A stretch of 64,000 bases of DNA from an uncultured euryarchaeote (GTDB lineage Archaea > Thermoplasmatota > Poseidoniia > Poseidoniales > Poseidoniaceae). Both the position numbers and the translations under genes were made by a program. Every line of letters begins with the position of its first letter. Positions within the stretch are counted from its first letter, which is position 1. The DNA is taken from contig CALBRH010000051.1 in the NCBI GenBank assembly GCA_937899865.1, positions 64,001 to 128,000 of the forward strand, in the 5' to 3' direction. Of the stretch, positions 29,048-38,661 are shown piece by piece. The notes beneath the pieces are model-generated. The model was not told the DNA's origin, made no database searches, and was given only the letters and a program-made list of their open reading frames with translations.

Positions 29048-30094
29048 ATGGACCAACCTATAATTGAGTGCGTGCCAAATATTTCTGAAGGTAGAAATGA
29101 TGCGGTAATCAGTGAGATTGTCAAATCCATTACTCAAAGTGATAAATGTTCAGTTTTAAGTGTCGAGCCAGATTCGGATTATAATAGAACTGTAATTACT
29201 ATTGCAGGACATCCTGAAGCCGTTTATGAAGCAGCATTTCAATTGATTAAGGCATCGATTGAACTAATTGATATGAGTATGCATAAAGGAGAACACCCAA
29301 GATTAGGAGTTGTTGATGTTTGTCCTTTTATCCCACTTAATAATTATACAATGGAAGAATGTTCTAAATTAGCAGAAAGATTAGCAAAAGAAGTTTCTAA
29401 ACTATTCAATGTGTGCACTTTTCTTTATGGATATGCAGCAACAAATCCCGATAGAAAGTTGTTATCTACATTACGCAAAGGCGAATATGAAGGACTTAAA
29501 GCTCGTTTAGATAACAATGATGAAGTACATAGTGAAACAACAAGATTACCTGATTTTGGGCCTAAAGATTGGAACGAAACTGTAGCAAAATCAGGTGGAA
29601 TAACAATTGGGGCTAGAGATATTCTTATCGCGTACAATGTTAATGTTGATGAAAAAGATGCAGTAGTCGCGAAAAAGATAGGTTCTATAATTCGTGGTTC
29701 AGGGCGTTTAATCAAAACCTCAGATGGAAAAAAGATGAGAGTAAGAGGTATGATTCAAGAAATACAAGGAATGGGAGTAACATTAGATTCTCACTCAATT
29801 AGCCAAGTTTCAATGAATATTTTAGATGTCAATAAGTGCTCAATTCATAAAGCATTTGAAATTTGTAAATCAATCGCAAATGACCATTCAGTGGAATTAA
29901 AAGGTAGCGAATTAGTAGGATTAGTTCCGTTAAGTGCAATGGTTGAATCGGGGAAGTGGTTTAGTAATGATTCAAATGCTTCTACTGAAGAATTAGTCGA
30001 GTGTGCAATAAATGGACTAGGGCTATCCCAGTTAGAGCATTTTGATCCTAAGCAGCGGATTATTGAGTGGGCCTTACAGGAGGGAGTCAATTGA
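29048..30094 (+). CDS. ftcD: Glutamate formimidoyltransferase (FTCD N-terminal part)
   Basis: IIECVPNISEGR, DYNRTV, HKGEHPRLGVVDVCPF, RKGEYEGL, PDFGP, GARDILIAYNVN. Confidence 0.93.
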   Translation: MDQPIIECVPNISEGRNDAVISEIVKSITQSDKCSVLSVEPDSDYNRTVITIAGHPEAVYEAAFQLIKASIELIDMSMHKGEHPRLGVVDVCPFIPLNNYTMEECSKLAERLAKEVSKLFNVCTFLYGYAATNPDRKLLSTLRKGEYEGLKARLDNNDEVHSETTRLPDFGPKDWNETVAKSGGITIGARDILIAYNVNVDEKDAVVAKKIGSIIRGSGRLIKTSDGKKMRVRGMIQEIQGMGVTLDSHSISQVSMNILDVNKCSIHKAFEICKSIANDHSVELKGSELVGLVPLSAMVESGKWFSNDSNASTEELVECAINGLGLSQLEHFDPKQRIIEWALQEGVN

Positions 30095-30714
30095 ATTGGA
30101 TGGAAATGACATTAGAGGAGTTTCAAAAAACATTGGCATCTAAATCACCTACTCCGGGTGGTGGGACTGCAAGTGCTGTAGCATTGGGTCAATCAGCAGC
30201 ATTGATAGCTATGGTCTCAAATTTGACGATTGGTAATGAAAAATGGAAAGATGGATGGCAAGCAAGTGAATCAGCATTGGAAATTGCAAATAAGGTAATG
30301 GATGATGCTGCTACTTTGGCTACGGAAGATAGTAATGCATTTGACAAAGTTATGGATGCATTTAAACTACCAAAAGATTCTGATGAAGAAAAGCAGTTTA
30401 GACGTAATGAAATAAGGAATTCAACTCTGTATGCTGCAGAAATACCATACAAAACAGCTAATTTATCATTGAGTATTTTAGAACAAATGAAAGATTTGTC
30501 TTTACATGCTAATGCAAACGCGATTTCTGATGTAGGTGTTGCAGCACTGCTTGCTACAGCAGCATGTAAAGGGGCTCTATTCAATGTTGAAATAAATTTG
30601 AATAGCTTACCAGAGGATTATGGTGTTAGTATGAGGGAGAATTTATCTACGATAAACGAAAAATGTAGAGAATTATCAAAAGTCATAATGCACAATGTCA
30701 AGACAAGGTTGTAA
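30091..30714 (+). CDS. Formimidoyltetrahydrofolate cyclodeaminase (FTCD C-terminal part)
   Basis: LASKSPTPGGGTASA, EDSNAFDKVMDAFKLPK, NANAISDVGVA, NVEINL. TTG start overlaps the upstream stop. Confidence 0.92.
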   Translation: MNWMEMTLEEFQKTLASKSPTPGGGTASAVALGQSAALIAMVSNLTIGNEKWKDGWQASESALEIANKVMDDAATLATEDSNAFDKVMDAFKLPKDSDEEKQFRRNEIRNSTLYAAEIPYKTANLSLSILEQMKDLSLHANANAISDVGVAALLATAACKGALFNVEINLNSLPEDYGVSMRENLSTINEKCRELSKVIMHNVKTRL

Positions 30715-32982
30715 TTACCTTACTTGAGAACCAGTAGATATATCGCCATCGATTGTAACTAATTTAACAACTCCATTGCCGTCATCAGCAGCCAACATCA
30801 TTCCTTGAGAAGTTACTCCCCTAAGTGGACGAGGTTTTAGATTAGCCACAAAAACAACAGATTTACCAGTTAACTCATCAATTGAATAGTATTCTTTTAT
30901 GCCCGCACAGATTGTCCTACCATCACTTCCATCATCAAGTGAAATTACATACAACTTATCCGCATTAGGATGGTCTTCGACTTTAACTATCTTGCCAACC
31001 TTTAATTCAACTTTCATAAAATCGTTGAAATCAAGATACTTTATTCCTTCTACTTCTTTGCTCATTTTTTTTCCTCCTTTTTTTCCACCTTTGACTGCAT
31101 GTGTGGCTTCTTTATCATCTGATTCGCTACCAGATGCTAAAGATTGTTCATGTTCTAGAATTTCTTCTAGATCTAATCTTTTGAATAATGGTTCAGGTTT
31201 ATCGTTGTTCCAAGTCATTTGACTGTTCCAATTTATGGCTTCAGACCAATTTACTAGTGAAACATCGCCTGGTTGACCTAATGAATGCCATAATTTTTGA
31301 GAACTAAATGGCATAAATGGTTGCATTACAATAGATAAGAACCGACAAATACGCCAGCCAAATGCTAAAGTTGCTAGTGATTCTTTTGCTTCTACTGAGG
31401 ATTGTTCATCTTCAGACAAATATTTCCAAGGAGTTGCTGCTTGAATGATTTGGTTACCGTATTGTGCTGCTTTCATCGCGGTCCTAAGTGCTTCTTTGAA
31501 ACGATGTTTGTTAAGAGATGTTGAAATTTCCAAATACATCGATTCTAATTTTTCTTTATGTTTGGAAGTTACATCACTGTTTTCTAAACCTTCAAATGGC
31601 CCATTGTCCCCAGAAGTTAAGCGAGAACCTAATGTCAAAATTCGATGGACGAAATTACCATATGCGGCAATTAATTCAGAATTGATTTTTTCAACAAAAT
31701 CTGGCCAATTGAAATCAGTATCATGATTTTCTGGCATATTTATGCTCAAGTAGTATCGAAGAGTATCTGCATCATAACGTTCCAAGAATGATGGCAACCA
31801 AACTGCATGTTTTCTAGATTTGGAAAATTGACCTCCAGCAAGCATCAAATATTCCATGGCGGGAACATTGTATTCCAAAGCTAACTGTCCAGCTTTCGGC
31901 AAAGTTACTGGAGTGCTATGGTCAAGGCCAGCATTTGCATGGTTAAGGCCCATTATTAATGCAGGCCAAATTACCGTATGGAATGGAATATTGTCTTTTC
32001 CTAAAAAGTACAAATGTCTTGGATGTTTACCGTCATCATTTATTTTCCACCATTTTTCCCAAGCATTTGCACCACTTGGGTGGCCTGCTTGTTGAGCGAA
32101 ATCTGCTGCCCATATTTGAGCGCACGTTGAATATCCCTGTACAGCCTCAAACCAAACATAAACGCATTTTCCATCCCATTCATCACCTTCCAATGGAAGT
32201 GGAATGCCCCAAGTCAAATCTCTTGTTACTGCACGTGATCTCAATCCCATATCTAGCCATTGTTTAGTCATGGCACGAACATTTGGTTTCCATTTTTTGA
32301 CTTGATTGGCAGCATGTTGCTCAAGTGCAGATTGAAATAGATCTAATCGATAAAAGAAATGATCTGTATCTCTTACTTCAATTTCACTTTCAGGGTTCAT
32401 TTTTGAACGTGGATTCCTCAATTCAATTGCTTCATATGTGGCACCACATTCATCGCATTGATCTCCTCTTGCTTCTTCATAATCACAAGTAGGACAAACT
32501 CCTTCTACATATCTGTCTGGAAGAAATCTACCTGTTCCATCTTTGTTTATCTCATAATATTGTTGAGTGGTTTTTTTCTCAAAAAAACCTGCATCAAGCA
32601 ATTTTAAAAAATTGTCTTGTACTATCTTCTTATGCTTTTCATCGCTAGTCCGATTGAAAAGTGAGCCACCAAATTCAACCCCTCTAGGATCGATTTTTGG
32701 CTCCCAGGAACAACCTAATTGCAATAGTGCCGCAGTATTAATTTGATGGAATTTATTTACAATATCTTGAGGGTTAACGCCTTCTTGCTCTGCTGTCACG
32801 GTTATAGGAGTGCCATGTTCATCGGAACCCGATACCATCAAAACTTTGTTTCCAATAGCTCTTTCGTATCTTGCTTGAATATCGGGTGGCAAGTAACATC
32901 CTGCTACATGACCTAAGTGTAGAGGGCCGTTTGCATATGGCCATGCTACACAGATTAGTACATGTTCACTATTCTGAACCAA
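30715..32982 (-). CDS. metG: Methionine--tRNA ligase with C-terminal Trbp111-like OB domain
   Basis: AWPYANGPLHLGH (HIGH), CPTC/CDEC zinc knuckle, YVWFEA, GKDNIPFH, QFSKS, KVELKVGKI...SQGMMLAA. Confidence 0.96.
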   Translation of the reverse strand: MVQNSEHVLICVAWPYANGPLHLGHVAGCYLPPDIQARYERAIGNKVLMVSGSDEHGTPITVTAEQEGVNPQDIVNKFHQINTAALLQLGCSWEPKIDPRGVEFGGSLFNRTSDEKHKKIVQDNFLKLLDAGFFEKKTTQQYYEINKDGTGRFLPDRYVEGVCPTCDYEEARGDQCDECGATYEAIELRNPRSKMNPESEIEVRDTDHFFYRLDLFQSALEQHAANQVKKWKPNVRAMTKQWLDMGLRSRAVTRDLTWGIPLPLEGDEWDGKCVYVWFEAVQGYSTCAQIWAADFAQQAGHPSGANAWEKWWKINDDGKHPRHLYFLGKDNIPFHTVIWPALIMGLNHANAGLDHSTPVTLPKAGQLALEYNVPAMEYLMLAGGQFSKSRKHAVWLPSFLERYDADTLRYYLSINMPENHDTDFNWPDFVEKINSELIAAYGNFVHRILTLGSRLTSGDNGPFEGLENSDVTSKHKEKLESMYLEISTSLNKHRFKEALRTAMKAAQYGNQIIQAATPWKYLSEDEQSSVEAKESLATLAFGWRICRFLSIVMQPFMPFSSQKLWHSLGQPGDVSLVNWSEAINWNSQMTWNNDKPEPLFKRLDLEEILEHEQSLASGSESDDKEATHAVKGGKKGGKKMSKEVEGIKYLDFNDFMKVELKVGKIVKVEDHPNADKLYVISLDDGSDGRTICAGIKEYYSIDELTGKSVVFVANLKPRPLRGVTSQGMMLAADDGNGVVKLVTIDGDISTGSQVR

Positions 32983-33079
32983 AGCATCTCCTCAAATTGA
33001 CCTGTGAGTGACTTATTTATTGAGTTTCACTATATTGTAAGTTTTAAGCGTCATTTTGAATAACTAGAATCACTACGCA

Positions 33080-34150
33080 TTGATTAGCGCATCGTCTAGG
33101 GGCCGTCGAAAATTCATGGATTATACGTTGTTAATTTTCTATGTAACACTTGCACTTGGTGTTTCATTTCTTTGTTCGATTTTAGAAGCAATAGTCCTCT
33201 CTATACCTCATACACATATAGCGGTAATGGAAAAAGAAGGTACTAGGAATGGTAAAATTTGGGCCACTTTGAAAGATGATGATGCTGTAAAACCATTAAC
33301 TGCAATTCTAACATTGAACACTATTGCTCACACAATGGGTGCTGCTGGAGTTGGTTCTGAGGTTCAAAAATTGTATGGAGAGGAAGCTCTTACTTTGGCT
33401 TCAGTAATTTTAACCTTAGCAGTATTATTCTTATCAGAAATTATTCCTAAAACCTTGGGAACTGCATATTGGAAGCAATTAGCACCATCTGCTGGATATG
33501 TTTTGCATTATACTACGATTTTACTAACTCTCATCATAGTGCCAATTCAATGGCTCAAAAAGATACTTCCGAAAGGGGGGCAATCATTAGTCACTAGAGA
33601 TGATGTTGCAGCACTAGCAGACCTTGGTGAAGAAGAAGGGATATTGGAAGTTGATGAAGAAACTGTCATTCACAACTTATTACGGCTTAGAGAAATAAAT
33701 GTACATGAAGTTATGACTCCAAGAGTAGTTCTAACGGCTTTCCAAATGAATTCAACAATAAGGCAAATTATGGATGAAAATCAGGTTATTCGATTCTCTA
33801 GAATTCCAATCTATGATGAATCTATTGATGACATTAAAGGCATAATAATCAGATCACAGTTGCTAATGGCTGCAAGTAGAGATGAATGGGATGTTAAAAT
33901 TTCAGAATTATCTAAAGATGTTTTGACTATATCTGCAAATAGTTCAGTTGATGCGACTTTGGATTTATTCCTAACTAACAAGCAACAAATTGCAATAGTC
34001 ATTGATGAGTTTGGTGGCACATCAGGTATAGTGACAATGGAAGATGTTCTCGAGACATTGCTTGGAGAAGAGATAGTTGATGAACTAGATGAAGTAGAAG
34101 ATATGAGGGAATTAGCAAGAGATCAAGCTGACTTCACTGAATCTGAATGA
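33080..34150 (+). CDS. CNNM/CorB-type (DUF21 + CBS pair) membrane protein
   Basis: SFLCSILEA, ILTLNTIA, SEIIPKTL, VMTPR, FSRIPIY, IVIDEFGGTSGIVTMEDVLE. Confidence 0.9.
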   Translation: MISASSRGRRKFMDYTLLIFYVTLALGVSFLCSILEAIVLSIPHTHIAVMEKEGTRNGKIWATLKDDDAVKPLTAILTLNTIAHTMGAAGVGSEVQKLYGEEALTLASVILTLAVLFLSEIIPKTLGTAYWKQLAPSAGYVLHYTTILLTLIIVPIQWLKKILPKGGQSLVTRDDVAALADLGEEEGILEVDEETVIHNLLRLREINVHEVMTPRVVLTAFQMNSTIRQIMDENQVIRFSRIPIYDESIDDIKGIIIRSQLLMAASRDEWDVKISELSKDVLTISANSSVDATLDLFLTNKQQIAIVIDEFGGTSGIVTMEDVLETLLGEEIVDELDEVEDMRELARDQADFTESE

Positions 34151-35148
34151 TTTGATGTTTTTTCATACCAGTTCCTAATAATTTCATCACGCTTCGAATT
34201 ATTTCTAGCCCCAGCATGTGTGAGGTCATCAATTAGATGATGTTCAAACAAATTACCATCATATTTACCTTGAGCCTCCACTAGTTTTTGATAATGTTCG
34301 AGGCCTAACCTATCATCATGCTTAGCTTGTATAACTAAACAATTATTATCGATAAAACCCCATTTAGGAACATCAACTTCATCTATATTACTAACATCAG
34401 GTATCTTTGGATTTATGAAGTTAAAATGCGAAGAAAGTCTCTGCCAGAATACATTTTTGGCAAATTTTGGAATCCTTAATGTTTCCATACTTTCTTTGAA
34501 AATTTGCGAATAACAAGTCATTGGAGATTCTAAAACATATCCTGCAATAGGATACTTACCTTCTGAATTATTGTTGATTTTACTGAACCTTAGTAGAACA
34601 AAACCTCCCATACTATGGCCGTGAAGATATATCTGGTTTACTAAATTCATATCAAAAACATTTGACATATTACTAAAAAATTGATTAAAAGTTGTTGAAG
34701 CATGTCCTGCTGTCCACTTACTAACCGGTTCACTTTGACCATGCCCTGGCATCTCAAATATAATTACATGAAAACCCATTTCCAAATAATTTTTAGCCCT
34801 CCCTAGCATAGATATTGCACCACTTCTCCAACCATGAACAATTATCACTAGAGGCCTTATATTGTCATCAAAATGTGATTTTGTATGAATTATTGAATCT
34901 AAATTGTGGTAATGTGAAATCCATCCCTCAGAAATTAGATCTGGTTTCTTATTACCCGGAGAAATAAAAGCTAATGCCACCCATGTTTCAAGAATAAAGT
35001 TGTAAGTTAGATACAACAAAGTACAAATCAAGAGAAGTGATAAATTTATGGTGATTTGTTGTAAAAATAGAATGATATTAAATGTCAATAAGACAAAAAA
35101 TATACATGGGCGATACCACCTATGGTAAGCAAATAACACGATAATCAC
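34123..35148 (-). CDS. Alpha/beta hydrolase with N-terminal membrane anchor (start uncertain)
   Basis: IIVHGW, GHGQS, nucleophile elbow GHSMGG, LESP, QAKHDD (Asp), THAG (His). Confidence 0.85.
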   Translation of the reverse strand: MIIVLFAYHRWYRPCIFFVLLTFNIILFLQQITINLSLLLICTLLYLTYNFILETWVALAFISPGNKKPDLISEGWISHYHNLDSIIHTKSHFDDNIRPLVIIVHGWRSGAISMLGRAKNYLEMGFHVIIFEMPGHGQSEPVSKWTAGHASTTFNQFFSNMSNVFDMNLVNQIYLHGHSMGGFVLLRFSKINNNSEGKYPIAGYVLESPMTCYSQIFKESMETLRIPKFAKNVFWQRLSSHFNFINPKIPDVSNIDEVDVPKWGFIDNNCLVIQAKHDDRLGLEHYQKLVEAQGKYDGNLFEHHLIDDLTHAGARNNSKRDEIIRNWYEKTSNHSDSVKSA

Positions 35149-35161
35149 TCAAGAGAGGATT

Positions 35162-36097
35162 TCACTTCTTTGTTGCTTTAGGCTTAGCCTTTTCTTTAGG
35201 CTTAGCCTTTTCTTTAGGTTTGTTTTTTTCCTCATCAGAAGTTTCGGTTTCAGTTTCATTCGCTGCCTCTTCCGCCTGTTGCTCTTTAGCAACTCTTCTT
35301 GCTTCCCTTTTTGCAGCAAACTTGTCACCATAATCACCCATGCTTTCAAATTTAGCCCAAAAGCCAGAAGATTTTTCACCCTTTTCTGGAACGTGTTTAA
35401 CTAAGTAAGCGCCAAAAATTACATCATACAATCCTTGATTATATTGACTGGCCTTAGCAAATTGCCAATTGACAATGTACAATATCAAGAAAATTGCTCC
35501 AATTGTAGTCCAAATTATTGGTCCAGCACCTGCATCTTTATCACCAAATTTACTTGTAGAAACTGTGACAAATAGTAAGCCGAACAATGCCAAAATTCCA
35601 ACAGAGTTTGAAAGCATTCCTTGGAACGGGCTAGCTTTTTCACCTGAGGTGTTAATAAATTTAATTCGAGCAACAAACTGGCCAAGATTTCTTCCAGTCT
35701 TGAATGGAAGAACCACAACGTTTAGAATAATCATTACAAATGAAACAATCAAAAGTATGGTAGTAATAACGCTTGTATCGCCAGCCATCATGAAAATTGC
35801 AGCAAGAAGTACTCCGAAATTCCATGCAAAATTCACGAACCAACTCATTGTTCTATCGAGCTTATTACAAATCTCAAAACCATCAGGTAATCCAGAAGGT
35901 CTAGGTGCTCTTGCTTTCTTTTCTTTCTTAGGTTTCTTTTGCTTTGCTGGCTTGGCTATAGTTTCCTCTACTTGAGGTTCTACCTCTTCGACTTTAGGTA
36001 CTGCTTTTGCTACTGCTTTCGCCTTAGGTTTTGCTTTTGCTTTAGGTTTGGCTTCTGGTTTACTTGAAGTTCCACTTGCTTTGTCTAATAATCCCAT
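35162..36097 (-). CDS. RDD-like membrane protein with Lys/Pro/Ala-rich termini
   Basis: Four TM segments, 'KTGRNLGQFVARIKFINTSG' resembles the RDD core. Low-complexity ends. Confidence 0.7.
   Translation of the reverse strand: MGLLDKASGTSSKPEAKPKAKAKPKAKAVAKAVPKVEEVEPQVEETIAKPAKQKKPKKEKKARAPRPSGLPDGFEICNKLDRTMSWFVNFAWNFGVLLAAIFMMAGDTSVITTILLIVSFVMIILNVVVLPFKTGRNLGQFVARIKFINTSGEKASPFQGMLSNSVGILALFGLLFVTVSTSKFGDKDAGAGPIIWTTIGAIFLILYIVNWQFAKASQYNQGLYDVIFGAYLVKHVPEKGEKSSGFWAKFESMGDYGDKFAAKREARRVAKEQQAEEAANETETETSDEEKNKPKEKAKPKEKAKPKATKK
35177..35218. repeat. 18-bp coding tandem repeat (TTTAGGCTTAGCCTTTTC x2 plus partial) encoding KPKEKA
   Basis: Identical copies at 35177-35194 and 35195-35212, then a partial copy. 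Confidence 0.85.
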
Positions 36098-36105
36098 ATA
36101 ATCAC

Positions 36106-37092
36106 CTACTGATACATTTCCCCTACTGTACTGTAAATCTTAAAGTCGCTTGAAGCGACAAATTCTTCAATTGAGCTTTCATCCATGTTGCCTAATTGAT
36201 TATCAACTATTGCAAAGAATAATGACCTCAAATCATCATCAGCCGATAGTGGATCGCTACCCACTGTTTGGTAGACAGAGAAGTCATCTGATGCAACAAA
36301 TGTTTCGACAACATCACTTGGGAGATTGGAGCCAAGTAATTCATCCACTATTGAAACAAAGGTCACAAATATATCCTCTTCATCTGCCTCTTGAGCTACT
36401 ACTGGTTGAGACTTAGCAACCGGAGCATCACTAATTTCAGATTGTTCTGAAGACATTGATGCCATCAACTGTTTCCTCTCTTTAAGTAAAGCTTCTAATT
36501 GAGGCTTTAACTCAGCTAATTTATCATTATCTCCACTGGTCTTTGCATCTTGGTAAGCAGGTTTCAAGGTTCTAATTTGGTCTTCCAAATTAGCAAGGAT
36601 TTCTTCATCAGACAAATCTTGATTCTCATCAAGAAGTTCGACTACTGGAGCATCTCTAATTTCAGCCAATTTCTCATCATGTTGCTGTTTTCGCAGTACG
36701 ATGATATCTCGGTCTAAAGAATGGCCGAATCTATCTGCATATCTGTCCAATAAAGAACCTGCTTCGCCAGATGAGATACGATCAATATGGCCATAAATTT
36801 GCGGAAGAGGTTTATTGGATTTCTTAGCCCATAAATCACCATATCCATCAGCATTTTCCTCCTTAGAATCTTCACCAGTTACAATAGGATTGTTTAGTAG
36901 TGATGGTGGGGGTAATTCAGCAGGTTCTGGAATAGTTGCAGGAGGTAGTTCTGCTGGAGGAGGAAGGTCGGGCATTGCAGCAGCATCAGGAGCAGGAAGT
37001 GGCATCCCTGGTAGCGGTGGCAGAGGTGCTGGTGGAAGAGCTGGATTGCTTGGTTGAGCAGCGGATTTTTTCTTGTTCTTCCTGAACCCCAT
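36106..37092 (-). CDS. Hypothetical protein with Pro-rich N-terminus, coiled coil and duplicated C-terminal motif
   Basis: 328-aa ORF with PPAPLPPLP region and two copies of an IVD..LG....E.FVAS.DF..Y.TVG motif. Confidence 0.75.
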   Translation of the reverse strand: MGFRKNKKKSAAQPSNPALPPAPLPPLPGMPLPAPDAAAMPDLPPPAELPPATIPEPAELPPPSLLNNPIVTGEDSKEENADGYGDLWAKKSNKPLPQIYGHIDRISSGEAGSLLDRYADRFGHSLDRDIIVLRKQQHDEKLAEIRDAPVVELLDENQDLSDEEILANLEDQIRTLKPAYQDAKTSGDNDKLAELKPQLEALLKERKQLMASMSSEQSEISDAPVAKSQPVVAQEADEEDIFVTFVSIVDELLGSNLPSDVVETFVASDDFSVYQTVGSDPLSADDDLRSLFFAIVDNQLGNMDESSIEEFVASSDFKIYSTVGEMYQ

Positions 37093-37177
37093 GACCTCAC
37101 CTATTACACAGGGAGGGTTGAATAGTATTGAACCTTACCGAAAAAAACCTCATATCAGTTAATATTAGAGATGGATT

Positions 37178-38389
37178 TTATTTCGCAACTTTAGCCCAAC
37201 CTTTCAATATGAGAAAAGTAGCAACTGCCTCGCTAATTTGCAACTCATCGCCCATATTTGGCTCCCATTCTTGTTCATAAAATCGAAACCTGCATTCATC
37301 TTCAGTCATTATTACATTAATTGTTTGATCATTTGGTAAAGCAATTGTTTCACTTAACGGGTCAAAAGCATTAGATCCATCAGGATCAAGTCTGTTTAAT
37401 GGGAATTCAGTAACCCTAAGTCCTGATTTACCATGTAAGGAGGTTGGCCATCTTATCTGTCTTCTGACATCTATAGTAACTACTTCATCAGCCTCGCCTG
37501 CATTTGAAAGAACTACTGAAGTATCTGTTTTAAGAATATCAAGAAACAAGGATTCATGTCTATCTAATACTCCGAAATTACCATCTAATAGACGATTAGT
37601 TCGTTGTTCATTAATCAATAAGTTACTCAAGTTTTGAATTGAAGTCTTACCTTTTGAACTAGTTCTATTTTCTCTCTTTGCCTGCGATTTAAGGCCTTCA
37701 TGTATTTCTTCCAAGAGTGAAGTATATCCCTTTTCTTTACGAGCAATCTGTTGTAATTTTTGAACAACTTCTTCCATTCCACGATTGATTCTTGCAGCCC
37801 AACCAGTTCTATCGCCTAAATGGTAGCGAGATAAACTACTCTTTACATCTACATCTTCACCTCTAATATGGGAAACTATTTCTCTTCTGGCTTCAGAATC
37901 TAACTGAAATAATGAAGGATCCCGATAATGTAAATGAAAGCCGCGGTGCCCAGAAAATGTAACTTGTAAGTACTTTTCATCAAAACCAAATTCTGGCTCA
38001 AGATAATCATTCCATAGCGCAAATGCTTGTTCTTGAATTACACTAATCATACTTGGAAAATCCCTGTCTGTAACGCCAGGTAAATGGTCACCATCTAAGT
38101 CAAAAATTAAATCCGCCCCAATCCAGTCTTTATCAGCCATCTTTAATTCGTATGGTTTTTGCCAGTATGCCGTAGAGTAAAAACAAGAGTGCATTGGTCT
38201 TTGAGTAATGAATTGACGTACACTTTCAACATCTGAAAAACCCTTGTGTCTAATAGGGGGAGAATTGCCGAATGGTATGAACATCCATTCCCTAAATCTA
38301 GTCCTTGGAGGTGACCAAAGAGGAGAGTTGCGATAATAATTTGTAAACTGATGCGCAAAACGTGCCCAGCCAGTTGAAAACATTTTCAC
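37178..38389 (-). CDS. priS: DNA primase catalytic small subunit
   Basis: FREWMF, YSTAYW, ADLIFDLDGDH, FSGHRGFH, IDVRRQIRWPTSLHGKSGL. Confidence 0.93.
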   Translation of the reverse strand: MKMFSTGWARFAHQFTNYYRNSPLWSPPRTRFREWMFIPFGNSPPIRHKGFSDVESVRQFITQRPMHSCFYSTAYWQKPYELKMADKDWIGADLIFDLDGDHLPGVTDRDFPSMISVIQEQAFALWNDYLEPEFGFDEKYLQVTFSGHRGFHLHYRDPSLFQLDSEARREIVSHIRGEDVDVKSSLSRYHLGDRTGWAARINRGMEEVVQKLQQIARKEKGYTSLLEEIHEGLKSQAKRENRTSSKGKTSIQNLSNLLINEQRTNRLLDGNFGVLDRHESLFLDILKTDTSVVLSNAGEADEVVTIDVRRQIRWPTSLHGKSGLRVTEFPLNRLDPDGSNAFDPLSETIALPNDQTINVIMTEDECRFRFYEQEWEPNMGDELQISEAVATFLILKGWAKVAK

Positions 38390-38407
38390 ACCATATCAAT
38401 GGAGGGA

Positions 38408-38617
38408 TTATTCATTAGTCATCCAGAATCTTTGTTCTGCTTCAACAATAGTAGTAGCCGATTCTGCACCTGTTTCTTCAACATAGCACTTCCAGCAATA
38501 ATAATTATTATCGATTACCATTGCAGCACCAAATGTCATTCTAATGCCGCATTTCTTACACCTAGGGCCAATTTCTCCATTAGGTGCTTGTGCCAACTGT
38601 ACATTGTCGTGAGGCAT
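38408..38617 (-). CDS. Small zinc-finger protein (69 aa)
   Basis: CKKC...CWKC motif. Lies co-oriented between the DOHH-like gene and priS. Confidence 0.7.
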   Translation of the reverse strand: MPHDNVQLAQAPNGEIGPRCKKCGIRMTFGAAMVIDNNYYCWKCYVEETGAESATTIVEAEQRFWMTNE

Positions 38618-38661
38618 TTTTCTCCCTGTCCTATCGTATAGTCAGTAGTTATTGAATTTGT

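Noticed and set aside
34123-34150. Tail-to-tail overlaps of convergent genes (also 5950-5955, 18688-18696, 42376-42385)
   Set aside because: Common in compact genomes, and there is no sign of a special function.
37178-38389. Intein in the long central segment of PriS
   Set aside because: No Cys/Ser start, His-Asn end or LAGLIDADG motifs. It looks like a helical insertion domain.
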